Below, piece after piece: positions 9,811 to 19,685 of a DNA stretch of 35,266 nucleotides; position 1 is the first letter of the stretch, and each line of letters opens with the position of its first letter. This DNA is from Gelidibacter sp. (lineage in GTDB: Bacteria; Bacteroidota; Bacteroidia; Flavobacteriales; Flavobacteriaceae). A model generated the notes under the pieces. It was not told the DNA's origin and made no database searches. It worked only from the letters and a program-made list of their open reading frames with translations. The translations under genes and the position numbers were made by a program. Location of the stretch: the NCBI GenBank assembly GCA_039935255.1, contig JBDTKP010000084.1, forward strand, positions 1 through 35,266, given 5' to 3'.

Positions 9811-10362
9811 TTGAAAGATCTCATCATAAAATACAAATCTGTTGTTAAGTTTATCTTCACTTTTTTGTTGGTCTATGGGATGTTGACTTTTTTCTATAAA
9901 TTTTATTTAGATTATTCTGTTGAGTCAACATATTACCCCGACTATTTTACCCAACTAGTTGCCAAACAAACGGATGCATTATTGAATACTTTTGACTATA
10001 ATGCTCAGATAATCGATCATCCTGATGAGCCTTCAATAAAACTTATTATCAATGGCAAATATGTAGCGCGGGTGATTGAAGGGTGCAACGTTATTAGTGT
10101 TCTTATTTTATTTGTTTCTTTTATTATTGCGTTTGCAGGAAAATTTAGAACCACATTTTTATATATTTTAGCAGGTAGTGTGCTTATTTATGTGGTCAAT
10201 ATTTTCAGAATTGTCATTTTAGCCATCGCATTATATCATTATCCATGGCGATCAGAAGAATTACATACCGTTATCTTTCCATTAATAATTTACGGATTGG
10301 TCTTTTTGCTTTGGATGTTTTGGGTCAATAAGTTTTCAAACTTAAGAACAACGGATGAGTAA
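9811..10362 (+). CDS. xrtF: Exosortase family protein XrtF
   Basis: TTG start; membrane protein with exosortase Cys/Arg/His positions (IEGCN, NIFRI, ELHT); paired with the companion gene below. Confidence 0.88.
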   Translation: MKDLIIKYKSVVKFIFTFLLVYGMLTFFYKFYLDYSVESTYYPDYFTQLVAKQTDALLNTFDYNAQIIDHPDEPSIKLIINGKYVARVIEGCNVISVLILFVSFIIAFAGKFRTTFLYILAGSVLIYVVNIFRIVILAIALYHYPWRSEELHTVIFPLIIYGLVFLLWMFWVNKFSNLRTTDE

Positions 10363-10792
10363 TATCGTAAAAATGGCAGGGCTGTTAGTGTTTTTTGGAT
10401 TATTGATCCTGATTCGTGCCTTTGAAAACGAATTATTTTACGATCCTTATCTTACATTTTTTAAGAATGATTATCTTTATATTGACCATCCCCGTCGTGA
10501 AGTTTTTAAACTGACACTATTTACAGGACTTAGATATCTTCTTAATTCTATAATTTCATTAGGGATTATTTTCACTTTCTTTAATGATAGGAGTGTGGTG
10601 AAGTTTTCAGCACTTATTTATGTGGTTGCATTTTTTATTCTATTGCCAATTTTCTTGTATTTTGTTATTAATCCGAAGCAGGAAGACTATTACATGTTTT
10701 TCAATATTAGAAGGTTTTTAATCCAACCGTTACTGCTATTAATAATGCTGCCAGCCTTTTATTACCACAAATTGAAATTTAAAAAAAGTTAA
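10355..10792 (+). CDS. Exosortase F system-associated membrane protein
   Basis: IRAFENELFYDP, RYLLNS and RRFLIQP motifs; overlaps the xrtF 3' end. Confidence 0.85.
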   Translation: MSNIVKMAGLLVFFGLLILIRAFENELFYDPYLTFFKNDYLYIDHPRREVFKLTLFTGLRYLLNSIISLGIIFTFFNDRSVVKFSALIYVVAFFILLPIFLYFVINPKQEDYYMFFNIRRFLIQPLLLLIMLPAFYYHKLKFKKS

Positions 10793-10842
10793 GGCTTTTC
10801 TAATATATTCAGATGAACGTAATTTTTTGTAATTTCGCAGTG

Positions 10843-11256
10843 ATGTATCAAAAAAATAGTCATAAAGTTTTTTCTATTACTATGGCGCTTTTAGTGCTAT
10901 TGTCCACGGTTTCATTTACGATGGAAAAACACTTTTGTGGCGATACATTAATTGATGTGGCTGTTTTTTCGAAGGCGAATAGCTGTGGCATGGAAATGGA
11001 TGCCATCTCAATTGCTGTTCTAGAGAAAAAATCATGCTGCAAAGATGAATTAGAAATTGTAAAAGGTCAGGACAAATTAAAAAAAGCGTCCTTTGAAGAT
11101 TTAGACGTCGATCAAGAAATTTTTCTAGCCACTTTGCCATATTCTTATAGCAATTTTTTTGAAAGGTTGCCAGAGCAAGATGTTCCTCATAAAAATTACT
11201 CTCCATCCAATTTGGTCACCGACATTCAGGTTTTAGGCCAAGTTTTTATCATTTGA
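10843..11256 (+). CDS. HYC_CC_PP-type Cys-rich exported or membrane-anchored protein
   Basis: Hydrophobic N-terminus, then HFCGD, SCGM, SCCKDE and a C-terminal YSPS...QVFII; start placed at ATG 10843 because a -7-like box (TAATTTCG, 10830-10837) lies inside the longer ORF call. Confidence 0.8.
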   Translation: MYQKNSHKVFSITMALLVLLSTVSFTMEKHFCGDTLIDVAVFSKANSCGMEMDAISIAVLEKKSCCKDELEIVKGQDKLKKASFEDLDVDQEIFLATLPYSYSNFFERLPEQDVPHKNYSPSNLVTDIQVLGQVFII

Positions 11257-11557
11257 TTTTTCAATTAAAAGTTGAGGATGCGTTTTAATTTACGCATTAT
11301 TTTAAAAAATTGTCAAATCAAAAATCTTACTCATATCCTCTTATTCTTGCGATTTAACCACCGTATTTGTTAAGCCTGATTGATGTTCTTTAACACTTCT
11401 GAGCTATCGAAAATGACAGTAATTATGAATATAAACAAGTCATAAATAAATATAGGTAGATTATGGTTGGTAATCATGTCAACTTGGCCGTTGGTTTCAG
11501 CGCTAATTTTGTAAGTGTTTAATGATGTAAGATTAAAAAAATAAAAGCTTACGATTA

Positions 11558-13810
11558 ATGAAAAATATATTTTACATCTTATTGATTTTACCAACGTTTA
11601 TTTTTTCACAAGAAAAAATTGAAGGTATCATTGTTGAAATAACCGAACAAAAAAAGACCTTGCCGCTTCCCGGAGCCAATGTGTATTGGCTGGATTCTGC
11701 TGTAGGAGTAACCACAGATATCAATGGTAAATTCAGTATTTCTTATGAAAAAGACTACACGAAATTGGTGATTAGCTATGTAGGTTACAAAACCGATACG
11801 TTAACCGTAAGCTCTCCAAAATATATCAAACATTCACTAAATGCGACGAGTGAATTAGATGAAGTCATCTTAACATCACGGAAGCAAGCCACTTCAAAGT
11901 CTTATATGCAGTCTGCCAATGTCACATTTGTGAGCAGTGATGAATTGCTGAAAGCTGCTTGTTGTAATCTCTCAGAGAGTTTTGAGACGAATCCATCTAT
12001 TGACGTCAACTTTGCAGATGCTGTAACTGGAACCCGACAGATAAAAATGTTAGGCTTGACCAGTCCTTATATCTTAATCACTGCAGAAAATATTCCGACC
12101 ATTCGGGGGGCTTCCCAAGCTTACGGATTGAGTTTCACGCCAGGAACTTGGGTAGAAAGTATCCAAATTACCAAAGGAGCAGGAAGTGTGGTCAACGGAT
12201 TTGAAAGTTTTGCTGGACAGATCAATACTGAACTTGTAAAACCAACGACCGACAATAAGTTCTTCGTAAATCTTTATAGCGCAAATAGTGAGCGCTTGGA
12301 AGCTAACGTGCATTTGAATACTAAAGTCAGTGATAAGTGGAGCACAGGTTTATATCTTCATGGGAATACACACAACAAAAAACATGATGTTAATAACGAT
12401 GGATTTATGGATATGCCCATCTACAATCAAATTAACTTAATGAATCGTTGGCAATACACCAATCCAGAAAAAGGCTTTGTGAGTTTTATCAATTTCAGTT
12501 ATTTGGATGACTCAAAACAAATGGGACAGCTCAACTTTAATCCGGATACCGATAAAATGACTACAAATGCTTGGGGAAGTGAGATAGATACCAGAAGATT
12601 TGATGTTTCTGTTAAAACAGGTTATGTAAATCCTAATATTCCTTGGCAGAGCATTGGTGTTCAAACGGCATTTAGCAGTCATAAACAAAACTCCTATTTT
12701 GGATTGAATCAGTATGATATTCTACACAACAGTTTGTATATGAATGGAATTTATAACACAATTATTAGTGATTCAAGACATAAGATAAAAACAGGAGTTG
12801 GTTATACGTATGATCATTATGATGAGTTGGTTTTGGCTGCAGATTATGAACGTACGGAGAGTTCAGTAGGTGCTTTTTTTGAATATAATTTCGATAATTT
12901 AGAAAATTTGAATTTAACTGCTGGCGTTCGCATTGATCGACATAATGTATTAGGAACCTTTGTTACACCACGATTTCATGGGCGTTATACACCTTGGGAG
13001 AAATCAGCCTTAAGAGCTTCTTTTGGTCGTGGAAAACGCAGTGCTAGTATTTTTGCTGAAAATCAAAATATTTTTGCAACAAGTAGGAATATACTGATAT
13101 ATAATGTCGCGCCTTCGGGAAAACAAAGAGATGATTATGGGTTAGATCCTGAAATTGCTTGGAATTACGGAATTTCATTTTTGCAAGGTTTCAATCTTTT
13201 TGGAAATAAGGCAGATGTGACCTTCGATTATTACAGAACAGATTTCAAGAATCAAATCGTGGTTGATTATGAAAACCCGCAGCAGGTTAACTTTTATAAT
13301 CTTGATGGTGCTAGTTTTGCGAATAGTTTTCAATTAGAATTCAACTATAATGTCTTTGAAGGATTTGATTTTAGAACCGCCTATAAATATTATGATATCA
13401 AAACACAATACGATTCTGGAAAGTTAGAAAAACCACTAACATCTAAGCATCGCGTGTTTGCAAATTTGTCTTATGAAACAAAGCGAAAAGATAATTTTGC
13501 CCATTGGAAATTTGATACCACTTACAATTGGTTGGGTGAACAAAGGTTCTCATCAACCGTATCAAATCCGGTTCAATATCAACTGCCAGAATATACCCCA
13601 ACCGTGGGCACATTAAATGTTCAGGTTACCAAAGTGTTTTCTGAAAAATTTGAAATATATTTAGGAGGTGAGAACGTCACTAATGTGAGACAGTATAATC
13701 TTATTTTGGCGGCAGAGGATCCTTTTGGAGCTAATTTTGATACTGCGTTTGTATATGGTCCAATTTTTGGAAGCATGTATTATGCAGGATTACGATTTAA
13801 GATAAAATAA
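11558..13810 (+). CDS. TonB-dependent outer-membrane receptor
   Basis: Signal peptide, carboxypeptidase-regulatory-like N-domain (LPGANV..GVTTDINGKF..SYVGY), plug with AACCNLSESF and ESIQITKG..GQIN, barrel ending YAGLRFKIK. Confidence 0.92.
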   Translation: MKNIFYILLILPTFIFSQEKIEGIIVEITEQKKTLPLPGANVYWLDSAVGVTTDINGKFSISYEKDYTKLVISYVGYKTDTLTVSSPKYIKHSLNATSELDEVILTSRKQATSKSYMQSANVTFVSSDELLKAACCNLSESFETNPSIDVNFADAVTGTRQIKMLGLTSPYILITAENIPTIRGASQAYGLSFTPGTWVESIQITKGAGSVVNGFESFAGQINTELVKPTTDNKFFVNLYSANSERLEANVHLNTKVSDKWSTGLYLHGNTHNKKHDVNNDGFMDMPIYNQINLMNRWQYTNPEKGFVSFINFSYLDDSKQMGQLNFNPDTDKMTTNAWGSEIDTRRFDVSVKTGYVNPNIPWQSIGVQTAFSSHKQNSYFGLNQYDILHNSLYMNGIYNTIISDSRHKIKTGVGYTYDHYDELVLAADYERTESSVGAFFEYNFDNLENLNLTAGVRIDRHNVLGTFVTPRFHGRYTPWEKSALRASFGRGKRSASIFAENQNIFATSRNILIYNVAPSGKQRDDYGLDPEIAWNYGISFLQGFNLFGNKADVTFDYYRTDFKNQIVVDYENPQQVNFYNLDGASFANSFQLEFNYNVFEGFDFRTAYKYYDIKTQYDSGKLEKPLTSKHRVFANLSYETKRKDNFAHWKFDTTYNWLGEQRFSSTVSNPVQYQLPEYTPTVGTLNVQVTKVFSEKFEIYLGGENVTNVRQYNLILAAEDPFGANFDTAFVYGPIFGSMYYAGLRFKIK

Positions 13811-13814
13811 CCCA

Positions 13815-13837
13815 ATTCCTGCGAAGGCAGGAATCTC
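13815..13837. repeat. REP-like palindrome
   Basis: ATTCCTGC-GAAG-GCAGGAAT, a perfect 8-bp stem right after the receptor stop; degenerate inverted copy at 13933-13953. Confidence 0.7.
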
Positions 13838-13899
13838 ATGAATAAGAAGATGGTATTAACACCCAAGAACACGCCAACCAATTTTCAATCATGAATATT

Positions 13900-13927
13900 A
13901 CAAACACAAACACAAACACAAACACAA
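13900..13927. repeat. Hexanucleotide tandem repeat (ACAAAC)x~4.5
   Basis: acaaac acaaac acaaac acaaac acaa read directly. Confidence 0.9.
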
Positions 13928-13969
13928 TAACAGAGTCCTTCCTCCGAAGGAATAATAAAACAAAACATT

Positions 13970-14332
13970 ATGAAAAAAATAGTATTAGCCTTAGCATTAT
14001 TAGTTGGAACAGTAAACTTTGCACAAAATAAGAACGCGAAAGCCAGTATTGAAGTGGATGGCGTATGCAATATGTGTAAAGAGCGTATTGAAAAAGCGGC
14101 AATCAAAGCTAAAGGTGTAAAGATTGCGAATTGGGATGTCGATACACATGAGTTAAAATTGATTTTTGACGAACGAAAAACGACTTTAAAGTCGATTCAA
14201 CAAAGTATTGCTGAGGCTGGTCATGACACCAAAGAAATCAAGGCTACTGATGAGGCATATCACAGTTTACATTCCTGTTGTTTGTACAGAGATGAGGTTG
14301 TAAGAGATGACCATAAGGATAATAAACAGTAA
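13970..14332 (+). CDS. Exported heavy-metal-associated (HMA) domain protein
   Basis: Signal peptide, VDGVCNMCKERIE (CxxC) and C-terminal LHSCCLY. Confidence 0.9.
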   Translation: MKKIVLALALLVGTVNFAQNKNAKASIEVDGVCNMCKERIEKAAIKAKGVKIANWDVDTHELKLIFDERKTTLKSIQQSIAEAGHDTKEIKATDEAYHSLHSCCLYRDEVVRDDHKDNKQ

Positions 14333-14374
14333 TTAACTGTTCAGCACTTCAATTACTTTCGGGTATTATGAAAC

Positions 14375-14415
14375 AAAAAAAAGCCGGATAGCAAGACTAT
14401 CCGGCTTTCATTTTT
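14375..14415. terminator. Bidirectional intrinsic terminator
   Basis: AAAGCCGGATAG-caaga-CTATCCGGCTTT flanked by A and T runs, between convergent genes. Confidence 0.85.
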
Positions 14416-14543
14416 AGTATGGGTGATTGTCCAAAATCTTTATAAAAGTAAATATATCAAGTGCCAAAAAAAGATAGTGTCTAAATTTCAATTTACTCTG
14501 GATTCAAATATCTAATAGCGAAGCGATCTGTGTCTCTTTTCCA

Positions 14544-15417
14544 TTATCCCCTCTTCATGCTATCCGCCACCACAATAATATAATTGGCGATTTCAGCCTT
14601 CTCTTCTTTGCTCATCTCGTCCATTCCGATGGCATAACGGTAGTAATTGATTTAATTATTAAACCTGGCTGAATTTTATTAATCCACCAAATAATTCCTT
14701 GATTATAATTGGAGTGATAAGCACCTTGAAAATGTAATAACAAATCTCCAGGGTTGAAATTTTTAAGTGGAAATGCGCCATGGTAGCGTCTTTCTAAGCC
14801 TGAGCAATTTGAATGTTTAGCATGTTTTCAGGGATATGCCCGCCCATTTTATCGACCATTTCAGCATAAGCTTTAACGGTCGGATCGAAAAAGGTTGCCC
14901 AATCTGGGCCAATCATTTCAAGGGTCTCGGGGCTTAATTCCTTTAAAGCGTCCATTCCTTTTTTGTGCAACATTGAAGCATATCTTCTTGGGATATTGGT
15001 AGCAATAAAACGCAGATTATTGTCTTTGGCGAAATTCAGTAAAGCCTTATAATCCGTTTTATAATTGCTCCATAATTGTGTGATTTCGGGAAGCATTCTA
15101 TCTTCGGATAAAAATCTTGGAGATATTCGTTTAACACTAATAGGTTGCCATTTTCGAACATTTCCGCATCAAAGAATAATTTGTCCCTTTAATTTCGAAG
15201 AAACTTTTACTAATTTCTAATTGGAGCCAATGAGAAATTGGATTATTTGATATTCTAGAAAAAACACCATGTCACTTTCGGCTAGATCCTTAATCATCTT
15301 GTCATACTTAGCAGCTTTCCCGTTACTTTTAAATAATTGATAGGCTCGTTTATCTTGAGCGTTCGCGGAACTTAAAGAGATTAAGATGATGAATCCTTTG
15401 AGTACTAACTGTTTCAT
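14544..15417 (-). pseudogene. ChaN-family (heme/iron-related) protein pseudogene
   Basis: Fragments in different frames join up: signal peptide..DMVFF / NNPISHWLQLE / AEMFE / LWSNYKTDYK..ATNIPRRYAS..AQA*KDATMAHF / HFQGAYHS..GIIWW / ANYIIVV; about 5 frameshifts plus an in-frame TAG at 14794-14796. Confidence 0.8.
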
Positions 15418-15575
15418 AAAAGATGATGTGTTTTTGGGTTTTTTTTAGATTCAATTATTAATTCAACGACAAAAATAAATTTAATGCAAGCTAGAATAAA
15501 AGATATACTTTGTAAAAGCTAAAACAGCACTTTTATGTGTGACTATCGTTTGAAAATGGCTGAATCCGAAAAATG

Positions 15576-15606
15576 CAAAACGCCTCAATTTGGTTGAGGC
15601 GTTTTG
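15576..15606 (-). terminator. groEL terminator
   Basis: CAAAACGCCTCAA-tttgg-TTGAGGCGTTTTG 13-bp inverted repeat downstream of groEL. Confidence 0.8.
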
Positions 15607-15641
15607 TTATTTAAAGGTCCCCCTTAGGGGATTTTGAGGAA

Positions 15642-17282
<1,641 letters not shown>

Positions 17283-17389
17283 TTAAAATTTTAAAACTTT
17301 CAATGCCCAAATACCACATTCCAAAATTGGAGCGGATAAATTGATGCGAAAGTTATTGGAATTTGTTTTTAATTTTTTGGAATTCGCAA

Positions 17390-17665
17390 TTAGATGATGG
17401 CAAGCACATCACTTTCACGCATGATCAAGTAATCTTTGCCTTCCAGTTTTAATTCTGTTCCTGCATATTTTCCGTAAAGCACGGTTTCACCAATTTTTAC
17501 TGTCATTGGATTTTTTTTAGTACCTGCACCAACGGCAACAACTTTACCTTTTTGAGGTTTTTCCTTAGCGTTGTCTGGAATAATAATTCCTGAAGCTGTT
17601 TTAGTTTCAGCTTCTACTGGTTCAATAAGAACACGGTCTGCCAATGGTTTAATGTTTAATCCCAT
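17390..17665 (-). CDS. groES: Co-chaperonin GroES
   Basis: [23 protein letters not shown]; second ATG (17665) gives the typical 91 aa length. Confidence 0.97.
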   Translation of the reverse strand: MGLNIKPLADRVLIEPVEAETKTASGIIIPDNAKEKPQKGKVVAVGAGTKKNPMTVKIGETVLYGKYAGTELKLEGKDYLIMRESDVLAII

Positions 17666-17738
17666 AGTTGTATTTTTTGTTTTAATCATGCCAGAGCATG
17701 ACAGGTTAATTGATATTTGTTTACTGAATTAGATGGTT

Positions 17739-17753
17739 GCGAATAATGTGCCA
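17739..17753 (-). promoter_or_regulatory. Putative sigma54 (-24/-12) promoter of groESL
   Basis: Minus strand TGGCAC-ATTAT-TCGC: exact GG-N10-GC spacing, one mismatch to TGGCAC-N5-TTGC. Confidence 0.7.
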
Positions 17754-17763
17754 TGGGCAGTGA

Positions 17764-17780
17764 ACTGACAAAGTTTCAGT
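17764..17780. promoter_or_regulatory. Palindromic operator-like box upstream of the groES promoter
   Basis: ACTGACAAAGTTTCAGT with ACTGA/TCAGT arms; near copy at 22555-22569. Confidence 0.55.
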
Positions 17781-17783
17781 AAT

Positions 17784-17815
17784 AAAAAAATGCCAACAAA
17801 GTTTGTTGGCATTTT
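17784..17815 (-). terminator. secG terminator
   Basis: AAAATGCCAACA-aagtt-TGTTGGCATTTT, with a T-run on the minus strand. Confidence 0.8.
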
Positions 17816-17842
17816 AAGTATTTTAAACGTGTTCTGGTTTAA

Positions 17843-18190
17843 TTATTTTGTAGTGTCAATTGGTTTTGCAACATCGTTGGTAATGGGTTGGATAGGTGCA
17901 GGAGCGCTTTTTGCTGCATCAACGTCCAAGGCTTTAGATTCAACAGAGCCCGTAGCACCGTCGATAGCAATGTTTGATACCAATATCAAGATTAATAAGA
18001 CAGTTGCTAAAACCCATGTACTTTTATCTAAAAAGTCCGTTGTTTTTTTAACACCGCCTAATTGCTGTGTACCACCGCCACCAAATGATGAAGACAATCC
18101 GCCTCCTTTTGGATTTTGAACCATAACGACCACCACTAATAAAAAGGATACAATGATGATAAGAACTAAAAATATTGAAAACGTACTCAT
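17843..18190 (-). CDS. secG: Preprotein translocase subunit SecG
   Basis: Two TMs around VQNPKGGGLSSSFGG and DFLDKSTW. Confidence 0.95.
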   Translation of the reverse strand: MSTFSIFLVLIIIVSFLLVVVVMVQNPKGGGLSSSFGGGGTQQLGGVKKTTDFLDKSTWVLATVLLILILVSNIAIDGATGSVESKALDVDAAKSAPAPIQPITNDVAKPIDTTK

Positions 18191-18193
18191 GTG

Positions 18194-19144
18194 CTATTTG
18201 GTATTATTTGCTTGTAATTGTTTTACCGCTTTAATTTGGTCTGCAAAGAAACTACTTTTTTCTGGATATTTCAAAATTAATATTTTATAAGACTGAATTG
18301 CTTTAGCATAATTTTTTTGCTCCAAATAGATCCTTGCCAATGTCTCTGTCATCAAGCTTTCATTCTGTACCAATTTGGTTTGTGCTAAATTAATTGAAGG
18401 AGAAATTTCTCTGATAGGAGAGATTTTTGGGTTAGTGGTTATAAACTTATCTATTAAATCTAGTTTTCTTTCAAGTGCCGAGGCTTGTTTGGGAACCTTA
18501 TCTTGATTTTCGTTCTGTTTTTTCGGTTGGGCAGCAATTTTTTCAGATGTTCTTTCAATAGGTTTGAAGCTGGTAATCTTTAACCATTCTGTAAATGAAT
18601 GGTTTTCGTCTTTATCAAATACAAAAGGTTTCCCGATATTTAATAACTCTTCAGGCGATGGCTGGCTGTTTTTGACATCTACATTAATTATGGTCGCGGT
18701 TCTTTCGTCATCAGAATTGGTAATAACTGGTGTTTTTCTCTCAAATAATTCTGGATCCAAAATACCTGCGCTATCTTTGATATATTGGTTTAGAGTAGCG
18801 TCAATCGTCAGACTTTTGTTTAAAGAAATATCATCAGCATCCTTAACTTCAATACCTTTTAAGAGTTCTGTGTTTTGTTTGATCAGTTCTGAAATTTCGT
18901 TCTGATTGAAAGCTTCTGAAGTTATAAAATCAAATAAAATACTTCTGTCTGTTGTGTAGGCAGCTGTAATTCTCAATTCTTGGTTGTATTTAAAGCTTTC
19001 TTTAGTTTTTAAACCTTTTAAATGCAATGCTCTTGCAGGTTGGAAATAAGGGTATTGCGCAACAATGTCGCCAACCTTTTCGTTTTGGGCAGTAGTCAAT
19101 TGCTCGGGATGTGAGAGTAAATATGTGAATTCTTGTTTGTTCAC
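18194..19144 (-). CDS. Hypothetical protein with C-terminal TPR-like motif
   Basis: YPYFQ near the N-terminus; C-terminal TETLARIYLEQKNYAKAIQSYKILILKYPEKSSFFADQI. Confidence 0.8.
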   Translation of the reverse strand: MNKQEFTYLLSHPEQLTTAQNEKVGDIVAQYPYFQPARALHLKGLKTKESFKYNQELRITAAYTTDRSILFDFITSEAFNQNEISELIKQNTELLKGIEVKDADDISLNKSLTIDATLNQYIKDSAGILDPELFERKTPVITNSDDERTATIINVDVKNSQPSPEELLNIGKPFVFDKDENHSFTEWLKITSFKPIERTSEKIAAQPKKQNENQDKVPKQASALERKLDLIDKFITTNPKISPIREISPSINLAQTKLVQNESLMTETLARIYLEQKNYAKAIQSYKILILKYPEKSSFFADQIKAVKQLQANNTK

Positions 19145-19153
19145 TTTATAAAA

Positions 19154-19660
19154 TTACCATTTGCCTAGTGTGGCATTTAAAATATCCTGTGTAATGCGTT
19201 CGAGAATTTCGGCAATGGCAGTATCCTTTTGGGCACCAACCAATTGTGCTGTTCCTGGATAATCATAAAAGAATGAAAACTGTTGATTGAGATCATCATC
19301 AGGATTGTTTTTGTCATAAAAACGCAGCTGTACGCTAATAGTCAAGCGGTTTTGTGCCGCGGTATTATCGGCAGTTGCCGTTGTGGGAGAGATGCGGTAC
19401 TCTGTTATTTCACCTTCATAGGTGATATCGGCTCCAGAAGTTACGAGTTGCAAACTGGTTTGATTTTGTATAATATCAGCTAGCGCATTTGTAAAAGTAC
19501 GCTCTAAACCAGGTTCAATCAACGGGGCATCATTTTGAAAATAATTGACCTGATACGTTGAGGTCCCGGGCGGTAAAGAAATTCCTGTAAATGAATAATA
19601 ACCACACCCAGATAATAGGCCAAGACTAAAAAAGAGGAGTACAAACTTAAATTTTTTCAC
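19154..19660 (-). CDS. lptE: LptE-family (LPS assembly) lipoprotein
   Basis: GTG start at 19660 gives a basic/hydrophobic signal with lipobox LSGC followed by GYYSFTG, and removes the overlap with the upstream gene. Confidence 0.75.
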   Translation of the reverse strand: MKKFKFVLLFFSLGLLSGCGYYSFTGISLPPGTSTYQVNYFQNDAPLIEPGLERTFTNALADIIQNQTSLQLVTSGADITYEGEITEYRISPTTATADNTAAQNRLTISVQLRFYDKNNPDDDLNQQFSFFYDYPGTAQLVGAQKDTAIAEILERITQDILNATLGKW

Positions 19661-19685
19661 GTGTATTTTTTTAAAAAACGTTGGA

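Noticed and set aside
11370-11594. 74-aa minus-strand ORF in the spacer before the TonB receptor
   Set aside because: Non-ATG start, overlaps the receptor start, AT-rich with no motif
13815-13953. CRISPR array or phase-variable coding repeat
   Set aside because: Only two inverted copies, no spacers or cas genes; the hexamer repeat is intergenic and frame-neutral. The ORFs crossing it (MNITNTNTNT from 13891 and the CVCVCV ORF 13885-14106) are repeat by-products
14452-14466. Second TGGCAC (-24-like) element on the minus strand
   Set aside because: No GC at -12 (TGGCAC-TTGAT-ATAT) and no gene downstream before the terminator
14794-14796. In-frame TAG as pyrrolysine or readthrough codon
   Set aside because: Gene also has several frameshifts, so simple decay explains it
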